Source of the DNA: Camelus ferus
Taxonomy: Eukaryota
Direction: 5' to 3'
Assembly: GCF_009834535.1 (NCBI RefSeq)
Contig: NC_045707.1
Coordinates: 51,958,001-52,022,000 of the forward strand
DNA length: 64,000 bases
Shown one piece after another: positions 40,791-53,015 of this stretch. Both the position numbers and the translations under genes were made by a program. Below the pieces are notes generated by a model. It saw nothing but the letters and a program-made list of their open reading frames with translations. It ran no database searches and was not told the DNA's origin. How positions within the stretch are numbered: the first letter of the stretch is position 1; every line of letters begins with the position of its first letter.

Positions 40791-43079
40791 CTAAATCTTG
40801 CATTATTTTGAATAGTAAAGCACATTTATATCACTAAAAACAACATTTGCATGACATGGAATTTTTAAGAATCCAATTCCAAACAAATTCTAATTTCAAA
40901 ATCAAAGTCATTGGAATTTAATATAAAATTGTCTTTAATTTTAGTAACATAAATTAAAACAAATCTGTTTTAATTCTTGCAAAAAGTTTTGATGAGTGCT
41001 AGAATAGCAATCAAATGATGCTGTATGAAATAATTTTTATGAAAACATCCATATATTTGTGTGACTAAATGATGAAATTATCAAGCTTTAAAAAATAATT
41101 TAAAAATATTTCGTGCCTAACTCTAGATTTATTATCTCATAGAAAGAGAGAAATCTGGGATGGAAAATACTGAACATTGGGGAAATTACTGTCTAAAATT
41201 GTATCATAAGAGTGGGATTTCCATGAGGACAGGATTCTTGTCTTTTTGGGCTTTTTTTTTTCACTTTATCTTCAGTGCCTAGAACAGTGCCTTACTCAAA
41301 ATAAGCACTTTGAAAATATTTGTCTGATGGATAAATAGCACATCATTTAGTCAAACTAACTTAATTTCCAGTAAGCACTTTAAAATTCTTCTGAATCCTT
41401 ACCGTAATATCATTAGGTAGTTTAAAAAAGATAGGGTTTTGAAACCCCATGCAGTCTGTTGGGCAGACATTCTCATGCTGTCATATTACTTTGTTGTCAT
41501 TGTTCTAAGAGTGCTGTGTTATCTCAATACTCTATCCACTTTTATTTTATTTTAATTTTTTTTACTTTATTTAAAGTTTATTAATATGAAGATGTTTAAA
41601 GTATAATTGATAGTCTCCAAGTAGGGGAATAATAGTCTGTTAATCCTTTGTCATTCTATCCACTTTTAGAAATTTCTGATGTTGACCTGAAATTGAACAT
41701 CCATGACTTCATACTTAGAATTGTGATTAGAGTTACTATATCCTGACTTCAACTTTACAGTTAACATTGCAGTCTTAGGCAACAAAAATGAGTTAAGTTT
41801 TGGTTTTATAAACATTCTTGTAAAAGTTTTGAGGCTGTATATAACCAGGTAATCACAAAACAAATAGAGAATTGACATTTGTATTATTTATCTGTTTTAT
41901 AAGAAAACTCCATTGCATTAATTAGGGCAAGCAATTGAAAACAGACATTACCTTTTATCAAAATTACGATTTATTTTGATGACCTGTATTGAAAGATGAA
42001 TAGAAAACTATTATCAGTTTTCACAAAATTTCCAAGGGAATTGAGGAATGCTTCAATTGTGATTTTTAACTTTGTCTTTTATCATCTTATAATCTGTCTT
42101 CTATATGAGATAATTAGAATGTGGAATGATATAGAGGAAAGATACTTAATTTTATAATTAAGCATATCTCCACTGTAATCCCTGACAGCTAAACTGCTTC
42201 CTAGCTATGTGTTCTCTGGAAATTTATATGTCCTTTGTTTTGCTCCCCTAGAAATATTATGTATTTAATATTAGGTGAAATAAAAATGGCCTCCATTCTA
42301 TCTATTCTTTCAGCAGAGGTTTTGTTTGTCTCATTTTGTGCTTGTTTTGCAGCAGTAGCAGTTTGTTTTATATTCAGATAATTCTTTTTAAATATTTGTC
42401 TTTGTATTTTATTAAAATCAATTTGGATTTTCTTTATAGGAAAAACAGAATTATCAATATATGTCTCTGTAAGTAATACCATCAGTTGCATATTATGTAG
42501 GAGAATTTTAAAGGTTTCAAAAACATAAAAAGGAAAGTTTTATCTTTGTTAGGAAAGTCACCTCCTATAAAACCTGTACTCAACATTGGTAAATGTGTAA
42601 TTTCAAAACAGGGCTGATTCAAATCACATAAGACTGTGACCTTTCCCTCGTTATTTGTCACTAACAAGCTTAGCAGCAGTGAGGATGTTAGTGACAAATG
42701 TAAGAAAATAGGTCATCTTTGTTCATTTTGAATACAGTAGGTACCTCTTTTCTTATGTGGTTGTCAAATTAACCCTGGGAACACTTTTCAGGTTGTCAGT
42801 TCTATATTGTTACACTATCAATGTGTACATGTTTGGCTTTATTTTGATGCCAACAAATTTAGTGCTAAAACAGCAAGTTTTTTTTTCCTTAAATTCTTTC
42901 ATGTCTCTTCCACCAGCTTGTATTCTTTAATTAAATTTTAGAAATGAGACATTTATCAAAGAGGAATACAGCTGTGTTCTTTGGTATCTTTTGTAAAATA
43001 CATGCAAATGAGTTTTCTAAAATATGCATCTTCTCTGTCTTTACAGATTATTCTCTTTTTTACTGTCCCATTCTCTCTC

Positions 43080-43141
43080 ACACACTTGTGTGCATACACA
43101 CATACACACACACACACTCTTTCTCTCTCTCACACACACAC
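43080..43141. repeat. Imperfect (CA)n/(CT)n microsatellite
   Basis: Seen directly. Confidence 0.85.
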
Positions 43142-44479
43142 CTGAGAGAAAATAGAAAATTGCAAATACTTTTCAGCATTAGCACCTTTGAGATTGAGCT
43201 TGATGCTTTTCATACATTTTCTTTATTCTTCAGCTTTTCTGTGAGGATGACATTAGCTTCATTTTAATATAATAAAAAAAAGATATTTGAGAGAGCAAAG
43301 AGTTTGACACAGACCTCTTGATTAGCAAGTTATGGAGCTGGGATTTGAATCTTCATCTGGGATCCCCAGGTCACACTCCTTTCCCTCCCTTTAGAGAAAT
43401 GAATAAAATAAGTTATTACTATAGAGGCTAGTTGATAACTATTATTCAAAATTTAAAATTTTTAAGTTCCACATAGAGAATTTATTTAAAAATATGTTGG
43501 AGGCTAACATCCCAGTAGAGCTATTTTTTTCCCCTGATTTTATGAGTGTTTCTTTCATTACTTAAGGTAGTTCTCTGATTCCAAATCCACAGAAAGCACT
43601 TGAAAGGATATTTCAAAGAACCTCTTGAGGGGACCAGTAATAGGGGATCAACTCAGATTCCTGTGTTTCCTCTTAGATTGAAAGGCACAAGCTTCCTTCA
43701 CTATTTTCCTTCTCACGGTCCTTAATCCTAGCTCGCTAGCTTTCCAAAACTAACACCCTTGAATAAGAGGGAATCGGTGCCAAAGACTGCTCGGAACTTT
43801 TCCAACCACAAGATTCACAGGCTCTGCTGCTTTTAATTCATTATCTCCTACATATCCGTCAGTGACTCAAGCCAAAGACCAACCTGGCCAGGACACTTTC
43901 TGGTCTGCCAAAGCAACCTGTGAATGAGATAAACCAGTCCAATTCTGACAAATTATCTGTGAACAAATTAGATATTCTTCTAGCAAGCAAGTGTCAATAC
44001 TGTAACCAAGCAGAGATGTCAGAAGCTGTCTCATCATGGGAATGTATCAGAGAGAACATTTTTGTAACCATGGTAAATGTACTAAACAATTTTTTCAGCA
44101 TTATACTAAGCTTAGACTTAGATATAGTAAGAATGAATTGGCCACATCACTAAACACAAAGCAATATTGTGATGTGGCGATTTGCCATTGAGTTTCATAC
44201 ATTAATCTTACTGAACTAGATAAGTTAGTCTAAAATTATTTATGTGAAAACCCAGATAGCTTCTTGGTGCAACTTTAGTTGACTGTAATTTGTAGTTAGT
44301 CAAGTAGGCAATTTTTAAAATATAATTTTGTGTTATATGGATAATAACCAGTAAGACAGAAACTGAATCTTTTCAGAATTAGTCATCTTGAATGTATCTT
44401 AATAATCATCCTTTAAAAAATAAGATATTCATGGGTCTCACTTGATTTAGATATAAAGGAATAGTGGGAAGAAAGTTAT

Positions 44480-44660
44480 CTAACATGTGTAAAACACTGT
44501 ACTAGGTAGTTCCATATATTGTAGCTGTTTAGTTCTTAAAACAACTCTGGAAAATTATTATTATTCATATTTTACAGATGGTAAAAGTGAAGCCTATAAA
44601 ATGATAAGGTCACAAATTAGCAAATGGTTATTATTCTATTCAGTAGTTTGAATTCTCTAC
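44480..44660 (-). mobile_element. MIR SINE
   Basis: 'aacaactctgg...ttattcatattttacagatggtaaaagtgaagcc...aaggtcacaaattagcaaatgg'. Confidence 0.75.
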
Positions 44661-46384
44661 CAGCTCATATAAGGCTCTGTTAAAGACACTGGTTTAAATT
44701 ACTCTTTAGAAACTTATTTAATATTTTTGAAAAGGTCTTACTTCCCCCGTTAAACTATAAGCCACTTGAGGGCTGAGATGATATCTTAAACACATGTATC
44801 CTCCACATCAACTAATAAAGGACCTCATACCTGAAAATAGTTACCTGAATATAGGCTAAAAATAAAATAAATCATGATAAGCATTCTCATACATCCATAA
44901 CTTTTAGTAACATTAAATTAGTATAATGTTTAATAAATAGCTATGTAAGTGCAGTATTTTCAAAACTGAATTTTTTTTTATGTTCTCTCAAACTGACTTC
45001 CAATATTTCCTACTGCAGCAACTTTTTCCACTGTGTACTTGGTCATTGTGCTAGAAGGCCTTTAATTTATACTATACTTACTCCTTTTGCACAACTACTG
45101 TATCTAATCAGTCGTCATGTTATAGATTCTACCCTATTAATATCTCGCAAATCTGTCTTGCATTCTCATGTTTGTAAAAAGATACTCAGTAAATATAATT
45201 TTATTATTAAATATACTGATTTGTGAATATATATTAGATTAATTTTATATATTGCTATATATCAAATATGTATTATTTATATAATGTGTATAATTATTAT
45301 GTATGTTAATTATATATGAATGAAAAAATAAATGGCTGTGCTCACCTTTTTTCACATGGCTTAGTGTTAAATTACGGAGTTTTTGCTGTGTTTGGTGGGA
45401 TAGTTAGTTCATTCTAAACATTTCTCAGTTAAGGAAACAGAGGTTACTGACCAGTTTTCTGATCCACAGAAGGAGAACTTGTCTGTGCAAAGCATTTTAG
45501 GGAGTCATTGGCAATTCTTTTCTCTAAATAGAAACACCTATTCATATTAAAGCCTGGTTGCCTTTCGTAATAAAACGTATGGATTTTTATATGTTAATGC
45601 TTTGGTATATTTATAAAAATTAACCACCAAACAATTATTTCTGTTTAAGTTTACTTGACATTATATTGATTCTTTTCTCATCTACAGTTCTTTCTTATTT
45701 CCCAGAATTAGTTGTCTTTGGGGTGTTACTTTATTACATAATAATATACACATGAGACCTCATTATATATCCAACTCTATTTTCAATCATTAATTTAGTG
45801 TTCTTAATAAGATAAAGTATGAAACTGCTTGAGTAGTTGCTTTCTTTAAAATGCTTCTTGAAATATTTAAAACCCTTTAGAATGGAAAATGAAAATCTTT
45901 TGTAGTGGTAAAGAATGATATTTTTAATTTAAGGAAAGCTAACTGAAATTAAATTGATAAATGTAGTGAATTATTTTGTATACAAACTGAATTGATGCAA
46001 ACTTTTTCAAATGGAGAAAAATATAAGAATAGCATAATTATAATCACTTGACAATATAGTCAAGCCCAACTGTGAGGCAAGTAACTTTTAAAGGAAATGT
46101 ACCAAATGCCTCTATTTGTTTGTTTACCATCACTTATGTTTAGCAGCATGGATAAGAGCTTTAAAAAAAGCACCTTAGAAGTAAATCTTATTTAACTTAT
46201 ATACTTATTAAACTTCTATTTTGACCACATATAGTTAACCATCTAATGTAAATGAAATAATAAATATTTCAAACATGAAATACCATATATGCATATTATT
46301 ATAATATGTTTATTATGTAGAAATACAAATAAGAGTTTAAAAAAATCCTTTCTCTGAAGGAACTCAAAATCAATTTATAAGGGT

Positions 46385-46448
46385 TATATATATATGGATA
46401 TATATGAATATGGATATAGATATATATATATATAAAATAGATATACAC
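46385..46448. repeat. (TA)n-rich simple repeat
   Basis: Seen directly. Confidence 0.8.
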
Positions 46449-46615
46449 ATTTCCTTCATAAACAAATAATTAAAAGAGATGAATAAAAATTATTAGATTC
46501 ATTATACAATAGAATCATAAGGCTTGCAGTGCCTATAAAGGACCAAATTTTCTATTTCTTCTTCTTATTCAATAATCGGGAAAATTTTAAGAAGTGTTTC
46601 AGTCAGTTGTCTTCT

Positions 46616-48516
46616 CTACTATTAGTTTGCTGGTGCTGCCATTATGAAGTACAACAGAGTGAGTGGATCAAACAACAGAAATTTATTTTATCGCAGTTCC
46701 AGAGGTTCTAAGGCCATGACCAAAGTGTCAGCTGGGTTGGTTCTTTCTGAGGGGTGTAATGGAAAGCTCATATTTCAGGCCTCTCTTCTTGGCTTGTAGA
46801 TGGCTGTTTCCTCCTTGTGCCTTCACATCTTCTTTCCTCTGTACGTCTGTGTCCATATTTCCTCTTCCTATAAAGATACCAGTCCTACTGGATTAGGGCT
46901 GTCCACAATGACTTCATTCCAACTTAATTACCTCTCTCGGCCCACTAGGGTAGCAGTCATGTGTTTTTGCCCATCAAGGTGGTGACCTCACTTCCTTGGC
47001 CCTGGGTGGCCATGGCCTGGACTTCTGAAACTAAGGAGGTAGCCACACCTTCTGGAACTGAGAAGGAGGCCTCACTCTTTGGAACTGATGAGGCAATAAA
47101 CTAATCCCCCACTTTCTGCCCCTGGGCCTGGGCCCTCTGGGCCTGGGTGACAGGGGCAGCCCTGCTGATCTCTGAACCACCTATAGGGTCATTCTTTCCT
47201 TTTATTGAAGCATAACACATTCAGAGCCAGATAGCTGTTTTGAACTGTCCTTGAGACTTCTACAAGTCCAGCAGCCTTCCCTCATTTCTCATTTTGTCCT
47301 ATCTCTGCGCAGTTAGTCTAAGTTTGCAGTGTTTCATCTGATATGAAATTCTCAACCTTGGCCTCCTATGCAATTCAAGAGGGTCATTAACAGACCTTTC
47401 CTGAAAAAACAAATCTTTATTTCTGCTTTCTGTTGAGATTGTTGAATGCATCTGTGAGTCGTATGTGTAATCTTTGTAGTAAATGGTGATTCTTCATACC
47501 TTTAGTGTTCTCTTCAGAACACCCTTTCTCATTTTTTTGCAGTGTGGATCAGCTGAGAGTTTTCCAAAGTCCTAGTTCCTTTTTTGCTTAAATGGTTTCT
47601 TCTTAAGTTTCTCTCTCCCCTCTCACATTTTACTATAAGCAGCAAGGAGTAACCAGACACCTTCAGCACCTGGTATAGACGTGCCCTCAGGTAAATATCA
47701 AAGTTCATCACTTACAAGTTCTACTTTCTACAAAACACTACAACAAATTTCATCCAAGTTCTCTGCCACTATATTATGTAGGAAGAATCACCTTTCCTCC
47801 AGCTCCCAATAATGTGTTCCTCATTTCCATCTGAGGCCTCACCAGTAGAAGCTTTAATATGTCTACCAATGTCATATTCATGATGATACATGTATTCTCT
47901 AGAGGGTAAAAGCTTTCTCTACAGCTCTCACCTTTCTCTCCAAAACTTCACCAGAATTGCCTGTAACATTCTAATTTCTGTCAGAAGTCTTTTCGAAGCA
48001 ATCTAGGCTCTCTCTAACACACACCTCAGAATTCTCCTAACCTCTATTCGTTACCTAGTTCCAAAGCTGTTTGCTCATTTTCAGGTATTTGTTATAGCAA
48101 CAACTCACTTTCCAATACCAAATCTCTGTTAGTTTTCTAAGGCTGTTATAACGAGTTACCACAGGCTAGGTGGCTTAAGTAACAGAAATTTATTTCCTCA
48201 CAGTTTTAGAGGATACAAGTCCAATATCCAGGTGTTAACAGAGCTGGTGTCTTCTGAGACCTGTCTCTTTAGCTTGTAGACAGCAGCAATCTTCCTCCTG
48301 TGTCCTGTGTCATCTTCCTTCTGTGCCCATTCATGTCCAGATTTCCACTTCCTGTAAGAACACCAGGCATATTGGAATGAGACCCATACTAGTAATCTAA
48401 TGTTACTTAATTACCCCTGTAAAGACCGTATCTCCAAACATTGTCACATTCTGAGGTACTGAGATTAGGGTTTCAACATGTAAATTTGGGGGAGAGGAAC
48501 AATTCAATCCATAATA
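46616..48516 (-). mobile_element. MaLR provirus: MLT1B/C-like LTR (46616-46935, partial), MLT1 internal region (about 46936-48126), LTR (48127-48516)
   Basis: Two homologous same-orientation LTRs (both contain 'aacagaaatttatt' and 'gcttgtaga') flank an internal segment ending 'cattttcaggtatttgttatagcaacaactcactttccaataccaaat', the antisense start of MLT1-int. Confidence 0.88.
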
Positions 48517-48954
48517 CGTCTTTCAAACTAATGTCATATTTAGAAATTTTTAATGGTAAGATAATATTTTAGAGGAATCACTAAAAATTTTTACTCTTAA
48601 ACAATTTATTTTCTGATTTTGGACATAAATTTCTAATAGTGCAAATTAAGGTCATTAATTATATTCAAGAGTGAATCTTTGAAGTTAAATACTTAAAGCA
48701 TTCTTTTATAAGTTGATGCCTCAGGTGTTTACCATATGTTACTGAATTATCTGAAATGTATTTCCACATTCTATGACAAATACGTTATCAGTGTGAAAAC
48801 AAAACTGACAATCACTATTAATTACTTTTTAACTACAATCCCAGTCTGTACCTCTATCAATGAAAATTTATTCCTTGATTACAAGATGCTTAAAATTATG
48901 TGAAATGATATAATCAAATTCATTGAAATTATCTGCAGAATCATTATATTTTTG

Positions 48955-49300
48955 TTTTTTATTTTTATTTTTTCAACATTTTTTATTGATTTATAATCAT
49001 TTTACAATGTTGTGTCAAATTCCAGTGTTCAGCACAATTTTTCAGTCATTCATTGACATATACACACTCATTGTCACATTTTTTTCTCTGTGAGTTATCA
49101 TAACATTTTGTGTATATTTCCCTGTGCTATACAGTGTAATCTTGTTTATCTATTTTACAATTTTGAAATCCCTGTCTATCCCTTCCCACCCTCCACCCCC
49201 CTGGCAACCACTAGTCTGTATTCTCTGTCTATGAGTCTATTTCTGTCCTGTATTTACGCTTTGTTTTTGTTTGTTGGTTTGTTTGTTTGTTTTTGTTTTT
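48955..49300 (-). mobile_element. Young L1 3'UTR fragment, camelid-like, with 20-bp TSD
   Basis: T-rich tail then 'ttttattgatttataatcattttacaatgttgtgtcaaattccagtg...'; GCAGAATCATTATATTTTTG occurs at both 48935-48954 and 49301-49320. Confidence 0.9.
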
Positions 49301-50239
49301 GCAGAATCATTATATTTTTGGTAATATTCAAAGCACATATATGGACACTAGTAAAAAACATATATGAAATAATTCCTGCCCTTTAGTTCATAATCTACTC
49401 TGACATGTAATATATATGCAAAATATTAATTAAAATCCAGTAGAGCATGTTAATGAGACATCAAATAAGCACTACATACAATCAGTACAGATTTAGATAA
49501 GCTCGTGATAAAATGTTTAAAAATACTGCATATGAGTACAACTCCAAAAGGGGTAGACTGTAGAGTTATTGCCCTACCTTCCAGTAAACCCTTGTAAAGG
49601 CAAAAGTTAATTTAAAATGGTAGAATATATTCATAATTTTTCTAAGAAGCCAGAGGGAATGTCACTTTTTTTTTCTCCCTTGTCATTTATATACAAATTT
49701 ATGTTTTGAATCACATTTAATGTTTTTCTCTGGGTAATTTCTCTTTGTGGTTTCACTAAAATCAGACATGAACATAAGGATGTACTTCATTATGCTCTTT
49801 TTAAACCAATAACAAAGACTTGAGATATGCTTACTTTGTTATATTTTGTTCCATTCTTCTCAAAATGTCAGTAAATTCAATAAGGTAAATTCTATAACAA
49901 AATGTCCTGAAGAAGCATGAATTCTATAAACAACAAAAACATATGTCATAACTCAGTATCTGATTTATATTGAACACCTGCAGACTAGAATTTTTTTGTA
50001 TTTGCTTTTCATTTGGAAATGGGAGAAAAAAGCACTGAGCATCATCAATGTGACTCTTATTTGTTTACATTGAACCTGCTTTATGATGACATGTTTTTTT
50101 TCTATTTTGGAAATACTTTCATTGTTTATTTGTCAGCATGTGGTAGGTGGAGCCTTTAAACAAAGATAAAATCTATTTAAATGTCAAAAGTACCTTACAA
50201 AAGGCTTCTGCTTTTTCCTAAAATATATAATGAAAATTC

Positions 50240-51135
50240 TCAAAGATTTTTCATAGTGCACTTAACTGGGGGCAAGTGCTGGGTATCACGTAACTAAGGT
50301 TAGGCGAGTCACCAGCAATCTTAAAGACAGGAGAAATTTTCTTAGGCTGATTTGAAAAAGTAAGCTGCATGATGTAAAAGAGTCATGCAACTAGGGCATG
50401 AGGATGGTCTCTAGCAGCCGATGGGGACTCCCTTAGCTGGAAGCCAGTTAAAAAAATGCCACTGTCTAAATTCTGCCAACACCTGGATAAGTTTGGAACA
50501 AGACCTCTGGATTCATTGGAAAGTGAAGCCCTAGCCACCACCATGATTACAGCCTGTTGAGACCTGAGCACAGGACCCAGCAAATCCATTGTGGTAGACT
50601 GAATGACCACTCCCCAAAGACATTCACGTGTTAATCCCTGGAACCTATGATATTACCTTACATACAAAGAGACTTTTCAAGTATGATTCAGTTAAGGCTC
50701 TTAAGAAGGGAGGTTGGCTTAAATTATCCCAGTGGACACTACATGCAAAAGTCTTTTTATGGAAAATGGCAAGAAAATCAGGAGATTAGAAGGCAGTGTG
50801 AAAGTGGAAGCAGAGATGAGAGTAATGCACTTTGAAGATGGAGGAAGGGGCCACAAACCAAGGAATACCAGAGGCCAATAGAACCTGAGAATAGGTGAAG
50901 TAATGGAATCTTCCAGGAGAGCATCCAGAAGGAACCAGACTTTTTGACCTCTGACACCTTAGCTTTAGTTTAGTTAAATTGATTTCAGATTTCTGATCTC
51001 TAGAAATATAACAAATATAATATAAATTTAAGCAGTTTAAGGAAGTGAACAAACTCATGCTGATTCCTGACCCATGGAAACTGTGAAATAGTAAATTTGC
51101 ATTGTTTTAAGCACTAGATTTGTGGTAATTGCTAT
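50240..51135 (+). mobile_element. MaLR LTR (MLT1E/F-like) split by a nested LTR
   Basis: 5' part 'aattctgccaacacctgg...cagcctgttgagacctgagcacaggacccagc' resumes after about 51050 as 'ttcctgacccatggaaactgtgaaatagtaaat...gcagcaatagaaaac'. Confidence 0.8.
50590..51045 (+). mobile_element. MLT1D-like LTR nested in the preceding LTR
   Basis: Begins TGTGGTAGACTGAATGACC...'taatccctggaacct'...'tttgaagatggaggaaggggccacaaaccaaggaat', typical of MLT1D. Confidence 0.85.
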
Positions 51136-51376
51136 GCAGCAATAGAAAACACACAATGTCTTCAGATAAATTACAGTTATCCCACAACATTATTTCACCT
51201 CGAACTCCTTCTATTCTCTCTCTCATATGACCCAAATTAACTCATATTCAAGCTGAAGTAATCAAGTTACAGACCTCCAAGAGCAATGCACTGCTGCTCT
51301 GCTTATGCTGTTCACCAAGAGGAGCACAGGCTTTCCTTTTGTTTTCTTGTATTGAATGCTATCAGCCCATGAAGAC

Positions 51377-51718
51377 TGTCTTAATCAGTTTAGACTGTTA
51401 TAACAAATTACCATAGGCTGGGTGAATTAAACAACAAATAATTATTTCTCTCCATTCTGGAGACTGGAGCAGGCCAGAATGGTTGGATTCTGGTGCAGGC
51501 TCTCTTCTTGATTTATAGGTGGCTGTCTTTTGACTGTATCCTCACATGAAGGAGAAAGAGAAGCCTAAAGCTTTTTTTTGTTTTTTCTTGTGAGGACACT
51601 AACCCCTTCATGGAGCTTCATCCTCATGATCTAATTACTCCCCGAAGGCCCCATTCTCCTATTCGGGATTAAGATTTCAACACACAAATTTCGAGGGGAC
51701 ATAAATATGTCCTTAACA
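51377..51718 (-). mobile_element. MaLR solo LTR, MLT1A-like
   Basis: TGTCTTAATCAGTTTAGACTG...CTTAACA, flanked by aagac/aagag (TSD with one mismatch). Confidence 0.88.
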
Positions 51719-51774
51719 AAGAGCAGTCCTAAAACTCAGCTTTCCCAAAATATTATGCCCAAATCAGAATGTTT

Positions 51775-52420
51775 TTAATGGTCTTACTGAGGTATAATTG
51801 AATATAATAAATTACACATATTTCAAGTGTACACATTAAGTTCTGACATATGTATACACCTATGAAACCATCATCAAGATTAAGATAGTGAATATATCCC
51901 CTCCCCAAAGTTGCTTTATGCCTGTGTGTAATCCTTCCCTACAAATTCTCTTTGCACTGAATTTCCCCAGGTAATCACTGATATGCTGTCACTATAAGTT
52001 TGTGTGTTTCAGAATTTTATGTAAGTGGAATCATATACTACACTCTTTTGTCTCACATCTTTCACTTCATGTAATTATTCAGAGACTCATCTATGCTGTT
52101 GTATAGCAGTTGTCTCTCCTTAAGCTAAGTACTCTCAACAATATGTCCCCAATTCAGGGAATCTCTGGGGTTCCACCTGGATCCCCTTTCCTTTGCTGTG
52201 GTCTGGGCATGCTTTCAGTAAGCTGGGGCAGTACAGGACTCAGCGTTTTGTTCCTTATTTCCAGCATGAGACAACATTTTGTTTCTCATTTCTCAGGGAT
52301 CGTTGTCCTCCCTTGCCTCATGTTGAAATCTATGTCATATATTTTGTGTAGGTTATTTTTTTCTTGACTGTTTCAGGCAAGAGAATCCTTATGACTTCAT
52401 CTTGGATGGAGATGGAAGCC
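51775..52420 (-). mobile_element. L1M 3' fragments (L1MB/L1MC-like)
   Basis: 'tactgaggtataattg...tatgtatacacctatgaaaccatcatcaagattaagatagtgaatatatcc'; similar to the element starting at 56231. The part after about 52110 is less certain. Confidence 0.75.
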
Positions 52421-52849
52421 CCAAACAGCTCTGAATTCTTCTAGAATTAAATTTATTACCATAATCATTCATTTTATGTTTGCCATTTGCTATTTTGAAA
52501 AGATGCTTACCTTTTCATTCTCAAGGTATGAAATATAAATAAGTTCTTGTATTTTATTCTGTATGTCACCAGTACAGTGCTCTGCTCATGTCTGTGTTCA
52601 GGAAAACTCAGACCGTAGTATCAGACACATAAAAGCAGTACAAGTAAGCTCCTGTAGAAGTTTATGATGCGATCCTTAGAGTTACCAGTTTTGCCTAATA
52701 AAATATCTACCTTAATGATTCAACTTCTTCGTACTCGACCCATTGCACTCATCTGACTTTGAAAATTGTAGCAATATGTAAATATGATTACATGCAGAAA
52801 TCTCCCAAACTCGATTGCCTCTGAATTTTGATTTTGTCACTTTTCATCT

Positions 52850-53015
52850 GAATGAATTTAAGAAATTTACTAAGTCTGTCTGTGCCTCAGTTCCCTTATC
52901 TCTGTAGAAAGAAGGTTAAAAAATGAACTTATCTCAAAAAGTTGTGCAAGGATTTGATGAGTTAACAAAAGAATAAATTAAGGACAGTTGTACTTAAGAA
53001 TTGTGCTAAGTAAAA
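52850..53015 (+). mobile_element. MIR SINE
   Basis: 'ctgtgcctcagttcccttatctctgtag...gttgtgcaaggatttgatgagttaa'. Confidence 0.7.
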
